Part shown: positions 1 to 12,918 of the stretch, one piece after another
How positions within the stretch are numbered: position 1 is the stretch's first letter
Layout of the letters: every line of letters begins with the position of its first letter
Origin: Octopus vulgaris
Lineage: Eukaryota
DNA length: 64,000 bases
Direction of reading: 5' to 3'
Assembly (NCBI GenBank): GCA_951406725.2
Contig: OX597821.1
Coordinates: 23,002,001-23,066,000 of the forward strand
Notes under the pieces: generated by a model
What the model was told of the DNA's origin: nothing
Seen by the model: only the letters and a program-made list of their open reading frames with translations
Databases searched by the model: none
Made by a program: the position numbers and the translations under genes

Positions 1-1015
1 ATTCTTATTCACTTAGTTTTTTTTACAACCTTGCCTGTGAAAATCTAGTGTTAATTTTTGTGACTCCTATTTCTATCAAAGCTTGTGCTTCATAGCGCTT
101 TTGTTATATATATAATTCTTATATATATATCTATATATAAAGGCGGTGCTCCAGCATGGCCGCAGTCAAATGACTGAAACAAGTAAAAGAGAGTAAAAGA
201 GTATATCAGAGGCGACTTCAGGTCATCAGCGTTACTCGGGCTCATCACAGACTTCGCAGAAGATACATACCTGCTCGAAGAATTTCACATTTTTCCGAAA
301 TATTTCGAGCCCCAAATGGCTTTTTTTTTATATCTAGCCCTATGTTTTTCTCCATTTCTAAGTTAAGGGTAAAAATAAAACAACCCTGCGAAACACAACT
401 TATCTTTACACACAGACACACAGAATAACAGCTATCAAATAACGACAGCAGTGTGCACAACAGCCATCGGCGATCTGATTGTCGCCTGTACTCTTGACAA
501 GAGATGCCAGTTAGTCTTTTACACCTCCAGGCTCGTTCATATTAGCCCGAATGGCTGGATAGTTTTTCGCTCCTTTAAGAATATTGTACAACGGAAACTT
601 GTCACAGATTGGAATTTAAATCCTAATCTCTACAGAAATTTATTGTTTCAAGAAAACATTGAATTTGAATTACTTTTAATTTTTACGATTATAGATAAAA
701 GCTCAGACTGTAACTTCTGAGTCCGAGTTAAGCGCGTGTGAACGATGCCGAGAGAACGTCTGCTACGAATGATATTTTTTGACACAGGGCACCTCTAAGA
801 CGAACACTGAACAAAAATAAATGAACTGCAGCCAGACACTGAACAAAATAAATGAATGCAACTAGGCTCAATAAAAGGAGCCCAGTTTATTGGCTGCAAT
901 TACATATCTGAAGTCAGTGTTGGCAGAAATTAAATCAGCTTCCAAATACACGTTTATTTTATAAAATTTATACTCGGGCTAAGCCCGAACAGCCCTACTG
1001 TCGGAGTCACCACTG

Positions 1016-1016
<1 letters not shown>

Positions 1017-1101
<85 letters not shown>
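1017..1101. repeat. (CA)n microsatellite
   Basis: Perfect CA dinucleotide run. Confidence 0.95.
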
Positions 1102-1103
<2 letters not shown>

Positions 1104-1470
1104 TATTCTTTTACATGCTTCAGTCATTTGACTGCGGTTACACTGGAGCAGCGCCTTGAAGGGTTTTTAGTCGAACAAATCGACCCCAGGACTTATTCTT
1201 TGTAAGCCTAGTACTTATTCAATCGGTTCTTTTGCTGAATCACTAAGTTACAAGGACGTAAGCACACCAACATTGGTTATCAAGTTATTGTGAATGGACA
1301 AACACATAAATATATTTATATAGATATACGACAGGTTTCTTTCAGGTTCCATCTACCAAATCCACTCACAGGGCTTTGGCCAGTCCGAGGCTATTGTTGA
1401 AGACACTTGCCCAAGGTGCCACGCATTGAGACTGAACCCGGAACCATGTGTTTGGGAAGCAAGCTTCTTA

Positions 1471-1475
<5 letters not shown>
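1102..1475 (-). mobile_element. SINE family A (tRNA-derived, octopus-type), diverged copy
   Basis: Reverse-complement match to the copy at 4688-5105 (ctaccaaatccactcaca, gaagacacttgcccaaggtgcc, cagtcatttgactgcgg). Confidence 0.85.
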
Positions 1476-1527
<52 letters not shown>

Positions 1528-1530
<3 letters not shown>

Positions 1531-3537
1531 TATGGATGCAACTACCATCCCATAGCATACCTAAACATAATCTGGAAGATACTCACTGGAATATGTGCGG
1601 TGAAGACAAACGCTTTCCTGGCACAGGAAGAAATACTACTAAGGGAACAAAAAGGATGCAGAAAGAGTTCTCAGGGTAGCAAGGATCACCCGGTCATCGA
1701 TAAAACAGTTTTGAGGCATTGTAAAAACCATCATACAAATATGTCTATAGCTTGGATTGACTTTAAGAAGGCAAATGATGTTTCCTCATTCTTGGATCGT
1801 TGAATGCCGGCAGATGTTTGGTGTTCCTGACAACATCACAAATTTTCTGATGCATAGCATGAAAGAGAGGAAAACCAAATTGTACTGAAGTAATGTATTC
1901 CTTGGAGAAGTTAAAAGGGAAATCTTCCAAATGACTCGTTTTCTCCGTTACTTTTTGTAATTGCACTAATACCCATAACAATGACACTTAGGAAAGTTAA
2001 GATGGGTTACCGATGTGGGAAGGAAGGCCCATCATTGAAACATCTTCTGTTTATGGATGACCTGAAATTGGTTGGGAAATCTGAAAAACAGATAGATTCT
2101 TTAACCAAAACAGTCCAGAAGTGTGGTAGGGACATCGGTATAGAATTTGGGATCACCAAATGCTCAGTACTTAATATAAAAAGAGGGAAGAAAGCAGCCT
2201 GCAGAGGATTGCGGTTACTATCTGGAGATTATCCGATGGTAGTGGGTATAGATACTCAGGGATTTTGGAGCTGAATGACATTTTACACAGAGAAGTGAAA
2301 GTCAAGGTAAGCGAGGCGTATCAAAAAAGAGTGAAGATGGTTTTGAAATCCAACCTGAATGCCAAAAATTTGATTACTGCAATGAATATCTTGACAGTTG
2401 TGGTGGTCAGATATCGTGCGTCCACTCTCAAATGGACTAAGGAGGAAATATCAACAATGGATAGAAGGACGAGAAAGTTGATGACACTGCATGGGGCGCC
2501 ACACTCTAAAGCAAACGTAAACGGACTATATAGGAAAAGAAAGAATGGTAGCAGAGGACTAATTAGCATAGACCATTGTATAAGGAGTGAAAGGAGAACG
2601 CTTGCCGAGTATTTGATAAATAGTGATGAAGACCTGTTGAAATATGCCGCGAAAGATATGGGTTTAAATGCAGGTGAAATGATGGACAAGGCAGAGTTTA
2701 ACCAAAGAGCTGAGGAGAAGAGAAAAGAAGACCTTCTTGAAATGAGAATGCATGGACAGATTGAAAGGAATACACAAGACGTTAATGATGATACAGCATC
2801 GTGGGCTGGCTTGAGCGAGGTGATTTGAAGCCTGATTTTTGCTGCACAAGACCAGGCTCTCGCTATCAATTCTGACAGTCAGAAATGCAGACTGTGTGGA
2901 ACGAGTGTAGAAAATGTGACCCACTTGGTAAGTGGATGTGAGAGCCTTGCACAAATAGAATACAAACGCCGCCACGATAAAGTGTGTGTGTGTATCTTCA
3001 TTGGTTCTTATGCCGTAAATACCAGTATGAAGTAACAGAGAACTGGTATGAGCATGTATCGAGTAAAGCTATGCAGGAGGAAGGAAAAGTAACGATACTC
3101 TGGGACAACGATTTTCAGACGGATCGTATTTAATTGAACACCGTCGGACGGATATTGTCATATTGAATAAGAGAGACAAATACTGTCAGATCATTGATGT
3201 AGCCATACCAAATGACATGAATGTTGTGAGTAAAGAGGTTGAAAAACTCACCAAGTACTCCGAAATGAAAGTGGAAATGGCAAGATTGTATGGAATGCGA
3301 GAGGGTAATGTAGAGACCAGTGGTGATCGGAGCGTTGGGCTCAATGGGCTCAATCCCATTGCAACTTCAAGACGTCTTAAGGCAACTGGAAATCCCATAC
3401 AAGATTAATGTCTTGCAAAAAGCAGCCTTATTTGGCACATCTTAAAGAAATTGTTATCTGCCTGAGGTCCTTGTGACTTGATAGATGACTAAAGACCCCG
3501 GTGCATTTTTACTTACACTGTGTTACGAAGGAAAAAT
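1528..3537 (+). mobile_element. 5'-truncated, decayed R4/Dong-like non-LTR retrotransposon (RT plus restriction-like endonuclease)
   Basis: Fragmented ORFs with WIDFKKA, HLLFMDDLKL (RT), CRLCG..ENVTHLVSGC..YKRRHD (CCHC knuckle), DIV and IIDVAIP (RLE). The 3' end abuts (ACA)n(TAA)n, as expected for TAA-targeting Dong elements. Confidence 0.85.
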
Positions 3538-3546
3538 AACAACAGC

Positions 3547-3603
<57 letters not shown>

Positions 3604-3608
3604 AATGC

Positions 3609-3661
<53 letters not shown>
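3538..3661. repeat. (ACA)n/(ATA)n trinucleotide microsatellite
   Basis: Seen directly. Confidence 0.95.
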
Positions 3662-3662
<1 letters not shown>

Positions 3663-3855
3663 GGCCTGAAATTTGGGGGTTGGGGGACTAGTCGATTACA
3701 TCGACCCCAGTGTGTAACTGGCGCTTAATTTATCGACCCCGAAAGGATGAAAGGCAAAGTCGACCCTGGCGGAATTTGAATTCAGAACTAAGCGGCAGAC
3801 GAAATACAGCTAAGTATTTCGCCCGGCGTGTAAACAATTCTGCTAGCTCACCGCT

Positions 3856-3858
<3 letters not shown>
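3662..3858 (-). mobile_element. SINE family B
   Basis: Core tttatcgaccccgaaaggatgaaaggcaaagtcgac shared with more than 15 copies in the window. Confidence 0.85.
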
Positions 3859-3925
<67 letters not shown>

Positions 3926-3937
3926 CAACAACAACAA

Positions 3938-4322
3938 TAGACCACAATATAGCGGCGAAAGAATTTGACAAGATCAGTAAATATAAAGACTTGCTAATAG
4001 AAATTTAGAAATTGAAAAAATGTGGCATCTCAAGACGACTACAATACTAGTGATTGTAGGATCTCTAGGAATGATAAAAAAAAGGTACTGAAACCAACAG
4101 GAAGTGCAAAAAATCGTGTTGACTGGAACGACTCAGGTATTGAGCATTATCGCTGTGAAAACAACATCCATTCATAAATTTATTTATTTAAATACATATT
4201 TTACCTGTGAATTTGCGTGAGTAATCTGGGAATGCATACAATGAGCTTCTCTGCTCTAGGTGTACGAAAACATTCGGCGAGAAACGGAAGAAAATTTGAA
4301 AGAAGGGAATGAAGAAAGAAGG
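3938..4322 (+). mobile_element. 3' fragment of an R4/Dong-like LINE
   Basis: Decayed RLE C-terminus (KISKYKDLLIE.., VIVGSLGMIK), flanked on both sides by (TAA)n. Confidence 0.6.
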
Positions 4323-4330
4323 GAATAATA

Positions 4331-4373
<43 letters not shown>

Positions 4374-4607
4374 TATATAGTTATTTACTTCCATTTGTTT
4401 ATTTATCTGTGTATTTTATTTTATTTTATTATGTTTTCAGTTTTGATTATTTTGTAACCAGTTTATGGGGATCTTCTGTCATATGCTGTGGTGTGTGCTA
4501 GTGTTCCATTCCAGTTTCCTATTCAGGCTAGGTTTATCTTCTATTATGTGTGTATCTTCCATAATTTGTCTGATTGTTGCGTCTGTTCTATGAGTGGACA
4601 AAATTTT

Positions 4608-4687
<80 letters not shown>

Positions 4688-5105
4688 TAGGCGCAGGAGT
4701 GGCTGTGTGGTAAGTAGCTTACTAACCAACCACATAGTTCCGGGTTCAGTCCCACTGCGTGGCATCTTGGGCAAGTGTCTTCTGCTATAGCCCCGGGCCA
4801 ACCAATGCCTTGTGAGTGGATTTGGTAGACGGAAACTGAAAGAAGCCTGTCGTATATATGTATATATATAAGTGTGTGCGTATATGTTTGTATGTTTGTG
4901 TGTTTGTCCCCCTAGCATCGCTTGACAACCGATGCTGGTGTGTTTATGTCCCCGTCACTTAGCGGTTCGGCAAAAGTGACCGATAGAATAAGTACTGGGC
5001 TTACAAAGAATAAGTCCCGGGGTTGATTTGCTCGACTAAAGGCGGTGCTCCAGCATGGCCGCAGTCAAATGACTGAAACAAGTAAAAGAGTAAAAGAGTA
5101 AAGAG
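4688..5105 (+). mobile_element. SINE family A, full length
   Basis: tRNA-like head (GGCGCAGGAGTGGCTGTGTGGTAAG...GGTTCAGTCCC), internal TA/TG microsatellite, (GTAAAAGA)n tail. About 22 related copies in the window. Confidence 0.9.
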
Positions 5106-5124
5106 TATATATATATATACAGTA

Positions 5125-5207
5125 CAGTACTGTTTCTACTTCGCGAATATTCACCTATCGCGGTGGGTTTGGAACGTAACACCCGCAATAGTGAAGGGAT
5201 TACTTTA
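5125..5207. mobile_element. Possible Tigger/pogo-like MITE remnant
   Basis: CAGTA..TTCGCG..TTCACCTATCGCGG...CCCGCAATAGTGAAGGGATTACT resembles short Tigger-type inverted termini, but is degenerate. Confidence 0.35.
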
Positions 5208-5684
5208 CAGATCACAACCATCTCATGAACCTACGTTCACGAGGAGTGCTTCGCTCTCCGATGGTCGTGAAAAAAAATCGCAAATAACTGTACATAGTAT
5301 ATACTCTTATGCCATGAGGAAAATTGTACAATTTTGAAAAATATTGTACACTAGTTGATATAGAAAGTTAGCACAAATTAGCATAAGTTACTCAGAGACG
5401 TCATCGACTTGAAAGACAATATCCAAATTAGTGTTACTATATTTAATTATTTCTAACAAAGGTATACATATGAGGTAGAGTACTGGTAGATTAAGTCGCC
5501 GCTAATACTCAATCAGAAATAATTTTATCAATCTCGGAAGGAGGAAAAGCAAAGTCAGCCTGATTGCACATCGACCCGTCAGACATAGATATCTATTCTA
5601 CTATAATAATCAATAATCTTTACAGCTTAAAAAAAAAATAATAATAATAATGATAATAAGAAAACTATAATTTAGGTTTTTGCA

Positions 5685-8307
5685 GTCATTTTCGTTCGTT
5701 TGTCATTCATTTTGTTAATCGGGTCATCCGAAATCGCGAAAAAGATTAGCGCCATGAAGCTAGACATTCAAATTCGTTTTCCGATCTCAGTTTCGCACTT
5801 CGGTCAAAGAATTTAGTATTTACATCATTCAAATTCAAATGCCCATCGAGAGCATTCAAATTAGTCGGAATGCGAAGAAGCGTCTTTTCGAGCATTCAAA
5901 TTCGGAATAAGTTTATTCAATTTAGAACCATTTTTACATGTTTGTTTTTACTCACATTCTAAGAAGTGAATGTTGAAAATAACAAATTTAAATGACATGT
6001 TTTGTCATGGAAATTTTATTATGTTGTTATGGGTACAAAGAAAAAATAAATTACGTGATTCTTTTGTCCACTAAAGTCTCTTTCATTGTAACATTCATAA
6101 CCGGTCGGTACCAGTTGCATTTTATATCCTTTTCTCTGAGACCAACTTGGAGACACGCGTAAGGTAGATGCTTATATCAGATGAAAATATGACAAAGCTG
6201 GTTGGCGCCCTCGAGGGACATCAAACCGATTACCCGTAACTGGCAGACACACTTGGTATTAAAAGGGGTACTGCCCGATCCATAGTTGCGATCTACCTAT
6301 GGTCTGAGAGGCGCCACAAGTTGCCTAGAAGAGGTGCCCACCACGTTAAGGTTCACGAGGAAATGCGAGCCAGGTGGCGAGCTGGCAGAAACGTTAGCAC
6401 GCCGGGCGAAATGCTAAGCGGCATTTCGTCTGCCGTTACGCCCTGAGTTCAAATTCCGCCGAGGTCGACTTTGCCTTCCATCCTTTCGGGGTCGATTAAA
6501 TAAGTACCAGTTACGCACTGGGGTCGATATAATCGACTTAATCCGTTTGTCTGTCCTTGCTTGTCCTTTCTGTGTTTAGTCCCTTGTGGGTAGTAAAGAA
6601 ATAGGTATTTCGTCTGCCGTTACGTTCTGAGTTCAAATTCCGCCGAGGTCGACTTTGCCTTTCATCCTTTCGGGGTCGATTAAAAAAGTACCAGTTACGC
6701 ACTGGAGTCGATCTAATCGACTTAATCCTTTTGTCTGTCCTTGTTTGTCCCCTCTATGTTTAGACCCTTGTAGGCAATAAAGAAATAAGAAATGCGAGCC
6801 AGGCTTCAGGTGATTATTGATGCCAACCCACTCGCAACCCTTCAACAGATGAAGAGAGAATTAGAGGCAACATTGCCTGGAAAGCCGCCTATTTCCGTGT
6901 CTGCAATCTCACGGGCTCTAGATAGGATGTTAATAACTATGAGGTTGGCCGATGACGTCCCAGATACAAGAAATTCCCCCAGAATCTGGAAAAGCGTTAT
7001 GAGTACGCGCGTTGGTTCATGGAAGAGGGAGTCGTCGGCCATTGCGTATTCATTGAGGAATTTGGACCGAGTGGTCTTTTGGACTAGCTCCTCAAAGCGT
7101 TCCTGTTCGCCAAGTTGTCAACCGTCTGTGTGGAAAAAACTGTAACGTCACTTTCTCGGAGTCGGGAGAAATCGGCCTGGTTCATCACTCCATTGCGAAC
7201 GATACCGTAATAAGAAACTCTTTCGAGTTCATGGCGGAAGCAGTTCGAGCATGTGCCGACATGTTCCCAGCGTCTACTTGATTTACGACAACGCGCGGCC
7301 ACACGTTCGTGCCGAGCTCCCAGCTGAAGCAGACCCACGGATCAGTCCGAAACTCCTGCCTCCCAATTCGCCCGTTTCTTAATTGTAGGGAAATGGCGCA
7401 TTCTGCCTTTAAGGCGACTATTAAAGCGGGACCTCGCTCGAGCTGAGTTGCAGCAAAGGATTGGCGACCGGGCAGCTACAGAAGAACCCGGCACGACCAT
7501 GGAAGAATGACGAGCACATGTCATACAATAGGTCGCAACGCGCAACATCGACGCTATCACTCCAGAAAATTGTGTTCGTTGGTATAGACACAGCCAGACC
7601 TACCTCCCGAGATGCCTCGACCGCTAGGAAATAGACGGCTAAATCCTCTCAAACGAACTCTCCTTATCAAGACTGTAAATCAATAATTATCTGAGTGTAC
7701 ATAGCACCTTTTCCCCGATGAAAGAAAAAAGGCAAAATCAAAGAAAATGTATACTTTTCCTAACAAGATATATTGCGCAATGGAAGAACACATATCATAA
7801 CATAATGTATTCAAAATCAAAGAAAATGAGCAATAGTTTTATTATGAGTTTCTTTTAAAACAACGAAAAGGCTGGAATGCGATTTCATGAAGTGTATAAC
7901 AATAAATACATGTACCTATGCAAAAAAAAAAAGAATATGTAGATAAGACTTGAGCACGATAGAGTGCTTGAAGTATAAACAATGGATGAAAACACATGAT
8001 TATGATAATAATAATCATGAGATAAAACCAAAACACGTATCGTGATATTTTGATTGCTCGAAATGTTAAATAGATTACTCCGAAACGAATTTGAATGCTC
8101 GAAAAAAAGCTTCCTCGCATTTCGACTAATTTGAATGCTCTCGACGGACATTTTGATTTGAATAATGTAAATGCTAAATTCTTTGACCGAAGTGCGAAAC
8201 TGTATAGTCGAAAAACGAATTTGAATGACTAACTTCATGGCGCTAATTTTTTTCGCGACTTTGAATGACCCAATTATCAAATTGAATGACAAACGAACGA
8301 AAATGAC
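5685..8307 (+). mobile_element. Decayed Tc1/mariner-IS630-like DNA transposon with ~220-bp terminal inverted repeats
   Basis: 5685-5905 is the imperfect reverse complement of 8085-8307. Internal transposase remnants: NPLATLQQM..ISVSAISRAL (HTH), YDNARPH (~7285) and LLPPNSP-FLN (~7353). Interrupted by stops, frameshifts and a SINE. Confidence 0.8.
6373..6790 (+). mobile_element. SINE family B with duplicated core, inserted in the Tc1-like transposase
   Basis: Head GGTGGCGAGCTGGCAGAAACGTTAGCAC, two core copies, 15-bp TSD GAAATGCGAGCCAGG at 6360-6374 and 6789-6803. Confidence 0.9.
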
Positions 8308-8309
8308 CT

Positions 8310-8725
8310 TCGATCATTACACTTATCAAAGGACAAGAAGTTAGAAAATAGTAGATCAGATATTACAATCGTTGCTTGGGAAAACCCATCATAACCGTTT
8401 AATTCCAGGATCGTAAAGAAAGAGGAAGAAAAACAAAGAAAGAACAATCCCTTAAAATTTGAGATAGAGAGAATTTTGAACTTGCGAACAGTAAAGGTCG
8501 TGCCTATTAATAATTGGTGCTTTGGGAACAGTAAGCAAATATATAGACAAATGGCTGAAGGAGAGTGAAATAGAAAGCCCAGTGGAGATCCTACAGAAAG
8601 TTTGCCTCCTAGGGACAGCAAAGATTATCAGGAAGGTTCTAAGCACTTAAAAGACTGCCGAAGACGTGTGGATAACCCGCTACCCACAAAAATCCTACAA
8701 AGAATAAGACCGGATATGAGCCAAA
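8310..8725 (+). mobile_element. 3' fragment of an R4/Dong-like LINE
   Basis: RLE remnants (RSDITIV, VKVVP..IGALGTV, LQKVCLLGTAKIIRKVL), followed by (AAT)n. Confidence 0.65.
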
Positions 8726-8747
8726 ATAAATAATAATAATAATAACA

Positions 8748-9310
8748 ACTGCCCTGATGCAGTACCAGGCAGTGGCTCTCATGGCTGGTGATCGTAACTG
8801 ATTGGAAGTGTTATCATGTCAATTGTTTTGTCTAGGTATAAAAGATGGGCTACAGCAAATATTCTGCTCAGTACCACAGATTTTCTTGTCAGTTGTTTGA
8901 CCTTAACCAGTTGAGCATGTCCTTTAGTGATTGACGATATGTGCATCTCTGATCACGAGCAGAAGTAGTGGGGGAGCATCATAGCCTTGTGTTGAGAGGG
9001 ATTCTTTGGGGTTTGAATAATTCACCTCTGGAAACATGGGTGTTTCGTTCAACATCCTTAAACAACCCTTATTGAGGGACCTTTTGAGCGAGATGGGTTA
9101 CTTGACCAGAAGATAATTCTAACTGGACCCCACCTACAAGGTCATGTGCTGTTTATCTTGATATGAGATCATCATGTCGCGCACATATGGTTGTGATGCA
9201 TATGCCTCGTGTACCCTTATCAGACGAGTAGTCATGATGGGTACACTGGGCTTCGTATATTTTACCCCAGTGTCACGTTGATGGCATGCACTGCTCTCTC
9301 ACTCAATAAT
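8748..9310. repeat. Unclassified interspersed repeat
   Basis: Partial second copy at ~20345-20430 and 20821-20915 (aaatattctgctc..tgtcagttg..; tatgtgcatctctgat..gattctttggggtttgaataa), split by a family C SINE. Confidence 0.6.
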
Positions 9311-9316
9311 AATAGC

Positions 9317-9347
<31 letters not shown>

Positions 9348-9949
9348 TGAGCACTTAGAGAACGCAAACTTCCGCTAAGGCAACACCAACCTTCTCTCAA
9401 CGATTAGCCAGAGATGATTTTTAAAATGGGAATATCTGAAATAATCTCGACTGCTCTCACAAAAGAGAATACTAATAGTTAACCCGACCGCTCTCAAAAA
9501 TTAAGTAAAAAACAGGAAAAATTCATCAGGTGGTTCTTGAGATATCTTGTCCACAGTCAAACAAACAAACAAGCAAACACGACTGAAACAGTACCTCCGC
9601 CTTCGCTAAGGTGGAAGTAATGATGATAAGTTCTACTCATGAATTTTTAAATGAATATCATGAGTCCTTTTGGTTTTCTCTTTTCTTAAATGCTGGTCTT
9701 CCTTTAGTAATCCTGTTGCTTTAGATCGATGTATATATGTAAGTATAGTGTAAAGTGTTAAAATGTATGTATAATCTAATATAATAATGGGCGTTGTCTA
9801 TTTTATATATTTGTATATATATGTATATATGTGTGTGTTTGTGTGTGTAGATATGCATATACATACATATACACATATACATGTATATTTGTATATATAT
9901 ATATACATACATACATATATATATATATTTGTGTGTAAGGAATTCCAGA

Positions 9950-12018
9950 CGCGAGTTGATGTCCACAGCTTTGTGCGCCGTGTCCGGTTGGGTGCGCATT
10001 ACCACGACTCGCCACCCACACCCAACGAAGAGGACTGCTTCACTGGCCTGGGCCGCCGACCATCCCCGTGGACGCCTGCCCCTGGCCAGATCCTAGCAGT
10101 GGATCTTTCGCGGGCGCTTGTCAGCGTGCATTGGAGCGGTTCAACTTCTCCAGGCGCCAACGCCGCCTCAACATCTCCCCGGCTGAGCTCTTGGCTCTTC
10201 GTTCCCTCCAACGGCGCGCTGACATTATCATCAAACCGGCTGACAAGGGTGGAGCTGTAGTGGTGTGGCGCGCGGACCTCTATAGGGCCGAGGCTTTCCG
10301 CCAACTCAATGACACCTCCTTCTATTCCCCTCTGCCCTCTAACCCCACACGTAGCTACCAACAGACGGTATCCTCTACTGTCCGCGACCTCATCTCGTCC
10401 TCCCGTCTCCCCCGCACCGCATCCAACCTAATTGTGCGAACCCCACGTACCCCCACCATTTACTTCCTCCCCAAAATCCACAAACCCAACAACCTGGCCG
10501 CCCCATCGTCTCCGCCTGTAACTGCCCCACGGAGCTCATCTCTAAATACCTCGACCGTGTCCTTGCCCCCCTAGTGGCATCTCTTCCCTCCCACATCCAC
10601 GATACCAACCATGCTCTCCGGCTTTTCAACTCTTTCTCCTTTCCTCCCGGCTCCTCCAAAATCCTTTTTACTATGGACATCCAAAGCCTCTATACTGTTA
10701 TCCCTCACCACGAAGGACTGCAGGCCCTTCGACACTTTCTTGACCTCCGCTCTAACCCTGTACCTGACACCTCCACACTCATTCGTCTGGCCGAACTTGT
10801 CCTTACTCTGAACTGCTTCTCGTTCGCGGGCGAGTTCTACCATCAGGTCTCGGGAGTGGCCATGGGAACGCGAATGGGCCCCAACTATGCGAACCTGTTC
10901 GTTGGCTATGTTGAGGCCCAAATATTCTCTAATTTCACTGGTCCCACTCCTGAACTATATGGTCGTTACATTGACGACATTATCGGTGCCACCTCACTCT
11001 CCCGTGAACATCTAGATTCCTTCCTCTCTTTCGTCCAATCTTTCCATCCAGCCCTCCACTTCACTTCCACTATCTCCAACACCTCTGTCTCCTTCCTCGA
11101 CATTTCGGTTAGCATTCTTCACTCCACTCTTACCACCTCCATTCACTACAAACACACAGACTCACACTCATACCTCAACTTCTCTTCTTCCCACCCAGAA
11201 CACACCAAGCTTTCCATCCCCTATTCCCAATTCCTCCGTCTACGTAGGCTCTGTAGTGACGACCATGACTTTGAGACTCAGTCTCAACGTATGGCTCACC
11301 ACTTCACCCTACGTGGATACCCCCTCACCACTATCCACACCGCCCGAGCCAGAGTACGGTCCGTGGACCGTGTATCTGCTCTCTCTCCCCGAACCCGCCA
11401 TGTAGTCTCCCGCCTCCCTTTTCCCCTCACTTACCACCCCACGACCCTACGTCTCCAACGCACCATTCTTCGAGCTTTCCGTCATCTCCAGTCCGACCCG
11501 TCCACTTCACACCTCTTCCCTAACCGACCCCTCCCCTCTTTCAAACGAGCCCACAACCTTCGAGACCTTTTGGTCCATAGCTCCTTCCCTGACCCTACCT
11601 CCCAACCCGGCTCGTTCCCCTGCTCCCGCCCACGTTGCCGCACTTGCCCTTACCTCTCCAACACCACCCTCCTCACTAGCACCCACCATCGACCCTATCC
11701 CATCATCCACTCCTTCACCTGCACCTCCAGCAATATTATCTATTGCGTCTCTTGCTCTCTCTGCCATTCCTTGTACATCGGACAAACGGGACGCCGCTTG
11801 GCTGACCGGTTCGCGGAACACCTTCGTGACATCCACCTTGCGAACGACACACCGGTTTCACGCCATTTCCGCTCCACCGGTCACTCCTTGCAACACCTAT
11901 CTGTGTTCGGTTTGTCCTTACACAGAGGCCATCCGGATTCCCGTTTGCACCGTGAACAGGAATTAATCTTCTCTCTTCGTTCTTATACGCCATTTGGTCT
12001 CAACTCTCCCCCCTCCTC
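9950..12018 (+). pseudogene. PLE polyprotein: reverse transcriptase, Cys-rich linker and GIY-YIG endonuclease (two frameshifts)
   Basis: IIKPADKGGAVVVW; LPKIHKPN-(frameshift ~10497)-GRPIVSA; GVAMGTRMGPNYANLF; YGRYIDD; PCSRPRCRTC; NIIYCVSC..LYIGQTGRRL..RFAEH; GLN. Frameshifts near 10100 and 10497, no in-frame stops. Confidence 0.88.
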
Positions 12019-12320
12019 ATCTAACCCCCCTCTCTCCCCCCTCCTCACCTATCCTTTCCCCCCGACCCCTACTTCTTCAGTCCTTCATCCTTTCACCCCT
12101 ACTCCCCTTCCTTCTTCCCTCTTTCTCCCTCCGTCCTTCCCTCTTCCCCTTCCCTCTGCTCCCTCACTCCCCTTCTCTCTCCTCTCTTTCCTCCTTCCCC
12201 CTCCTCCCTTTCCTTCTCCCCCTCCTCTCCTCCTCCTCCTCTCCTCTTCCCCCCTCTCCTCCCCTCTTCTTCCCCTCCCCTTCTCCTCCCCCTCTTCTCC
12301 CCCCCCCTCTTCTCCTCACT
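12004..12320 (+). repeat. Polypyrimidine (C/T) low-complexity tract
   Basis: Almost purely C/T. Explains the spurious Pro/Ser/Leu tail of ORF 10574-12355. Confidence 0.9.
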
Positions 12321-12359
12321 ACACCACACGACTTTACACATCACATCATATATGATGTG

Positions 12360-12712
12360 CCATACTAATACATACACCAACTAATACATACTAATACGTA
12401 CTAATACATACTAATACATACTAATACATACACCAACCCTATACATACACACGTCCAGACCCCTCATACGCACTTATACTCTCTCATACACACACACACA
12501 CACACACCCTTATACATACTAATACATACTAATACATACTAATACATACTAATACATACACCAACCCCATACATACGCACGTCCAGACCTATCCTACGCA
12601 CTAATACTCTCTCATACACACACACACACACACCCCTTATACATACTAATACATACTAATACATACACCAACCCTATACATACACACGTCCAGACCTCTC
12701 CTACGCACTAAT
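12360..12712 (+). repeat. Tandem repeat of a ~130-bp unit built on CATACTAATA
   Basis: Three occurrences of catacaccaaccc.atacatac.cacgtccagacc, separated by (CATACTAATA)n and (CA)n. Confidence 0.85.
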
Positions 12713-12880
12713 AGCTGGTCATTCAACCATATTATCAACCCTATTATCTCCCCTTATTTCGCTCTCGCGTCTCATGTTTGATCTTTGACCTCTGGCCGAA
12801 ATCAGATCGCCATGTTGATTCGTTAGTTACTGCACGCATTTTTTTCTCTCCTTCTTTCTGTGTTTTTTTCTCTCTTTGTA

Positions 12881-12918
12881 TCTTTCTGTTGAAGAGCGTA
12901 GGCTCGAAACGTTAAAGA
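12881..12918 (+). ncRNA. Minimal hammerhead-ribozyme-like motif in the PLE 3' tail (A6U core variant)
   Basis: TCTTT-CTGTTGA-A-GAGC gtag GCTC-GAAA-CG-TT-AAAGA: 5-bp stem I, 4-bp stem II, ACGT palindromic stem III. Confidence 0.65.

Noticed and set aside
4488-4918. Recurrent ORFs such as [17 protein letters not shown]..., seen many times in the window
   Set aside because: Incidental translations of SINE family A, not a protein family.
12018-12355. Pro/Ser/Leu-rich C-terminal extension of the PLE ORF
   Set aside because: Read-through into a polypyrimidine tract after the conserved GLN end of the endonuclease.
12360-12712. Regularly spaced repeats resembling a CRISPR array
   Set aside because: The spacers are themselves repeated, the context is eukaryotic and no cas genes are present.
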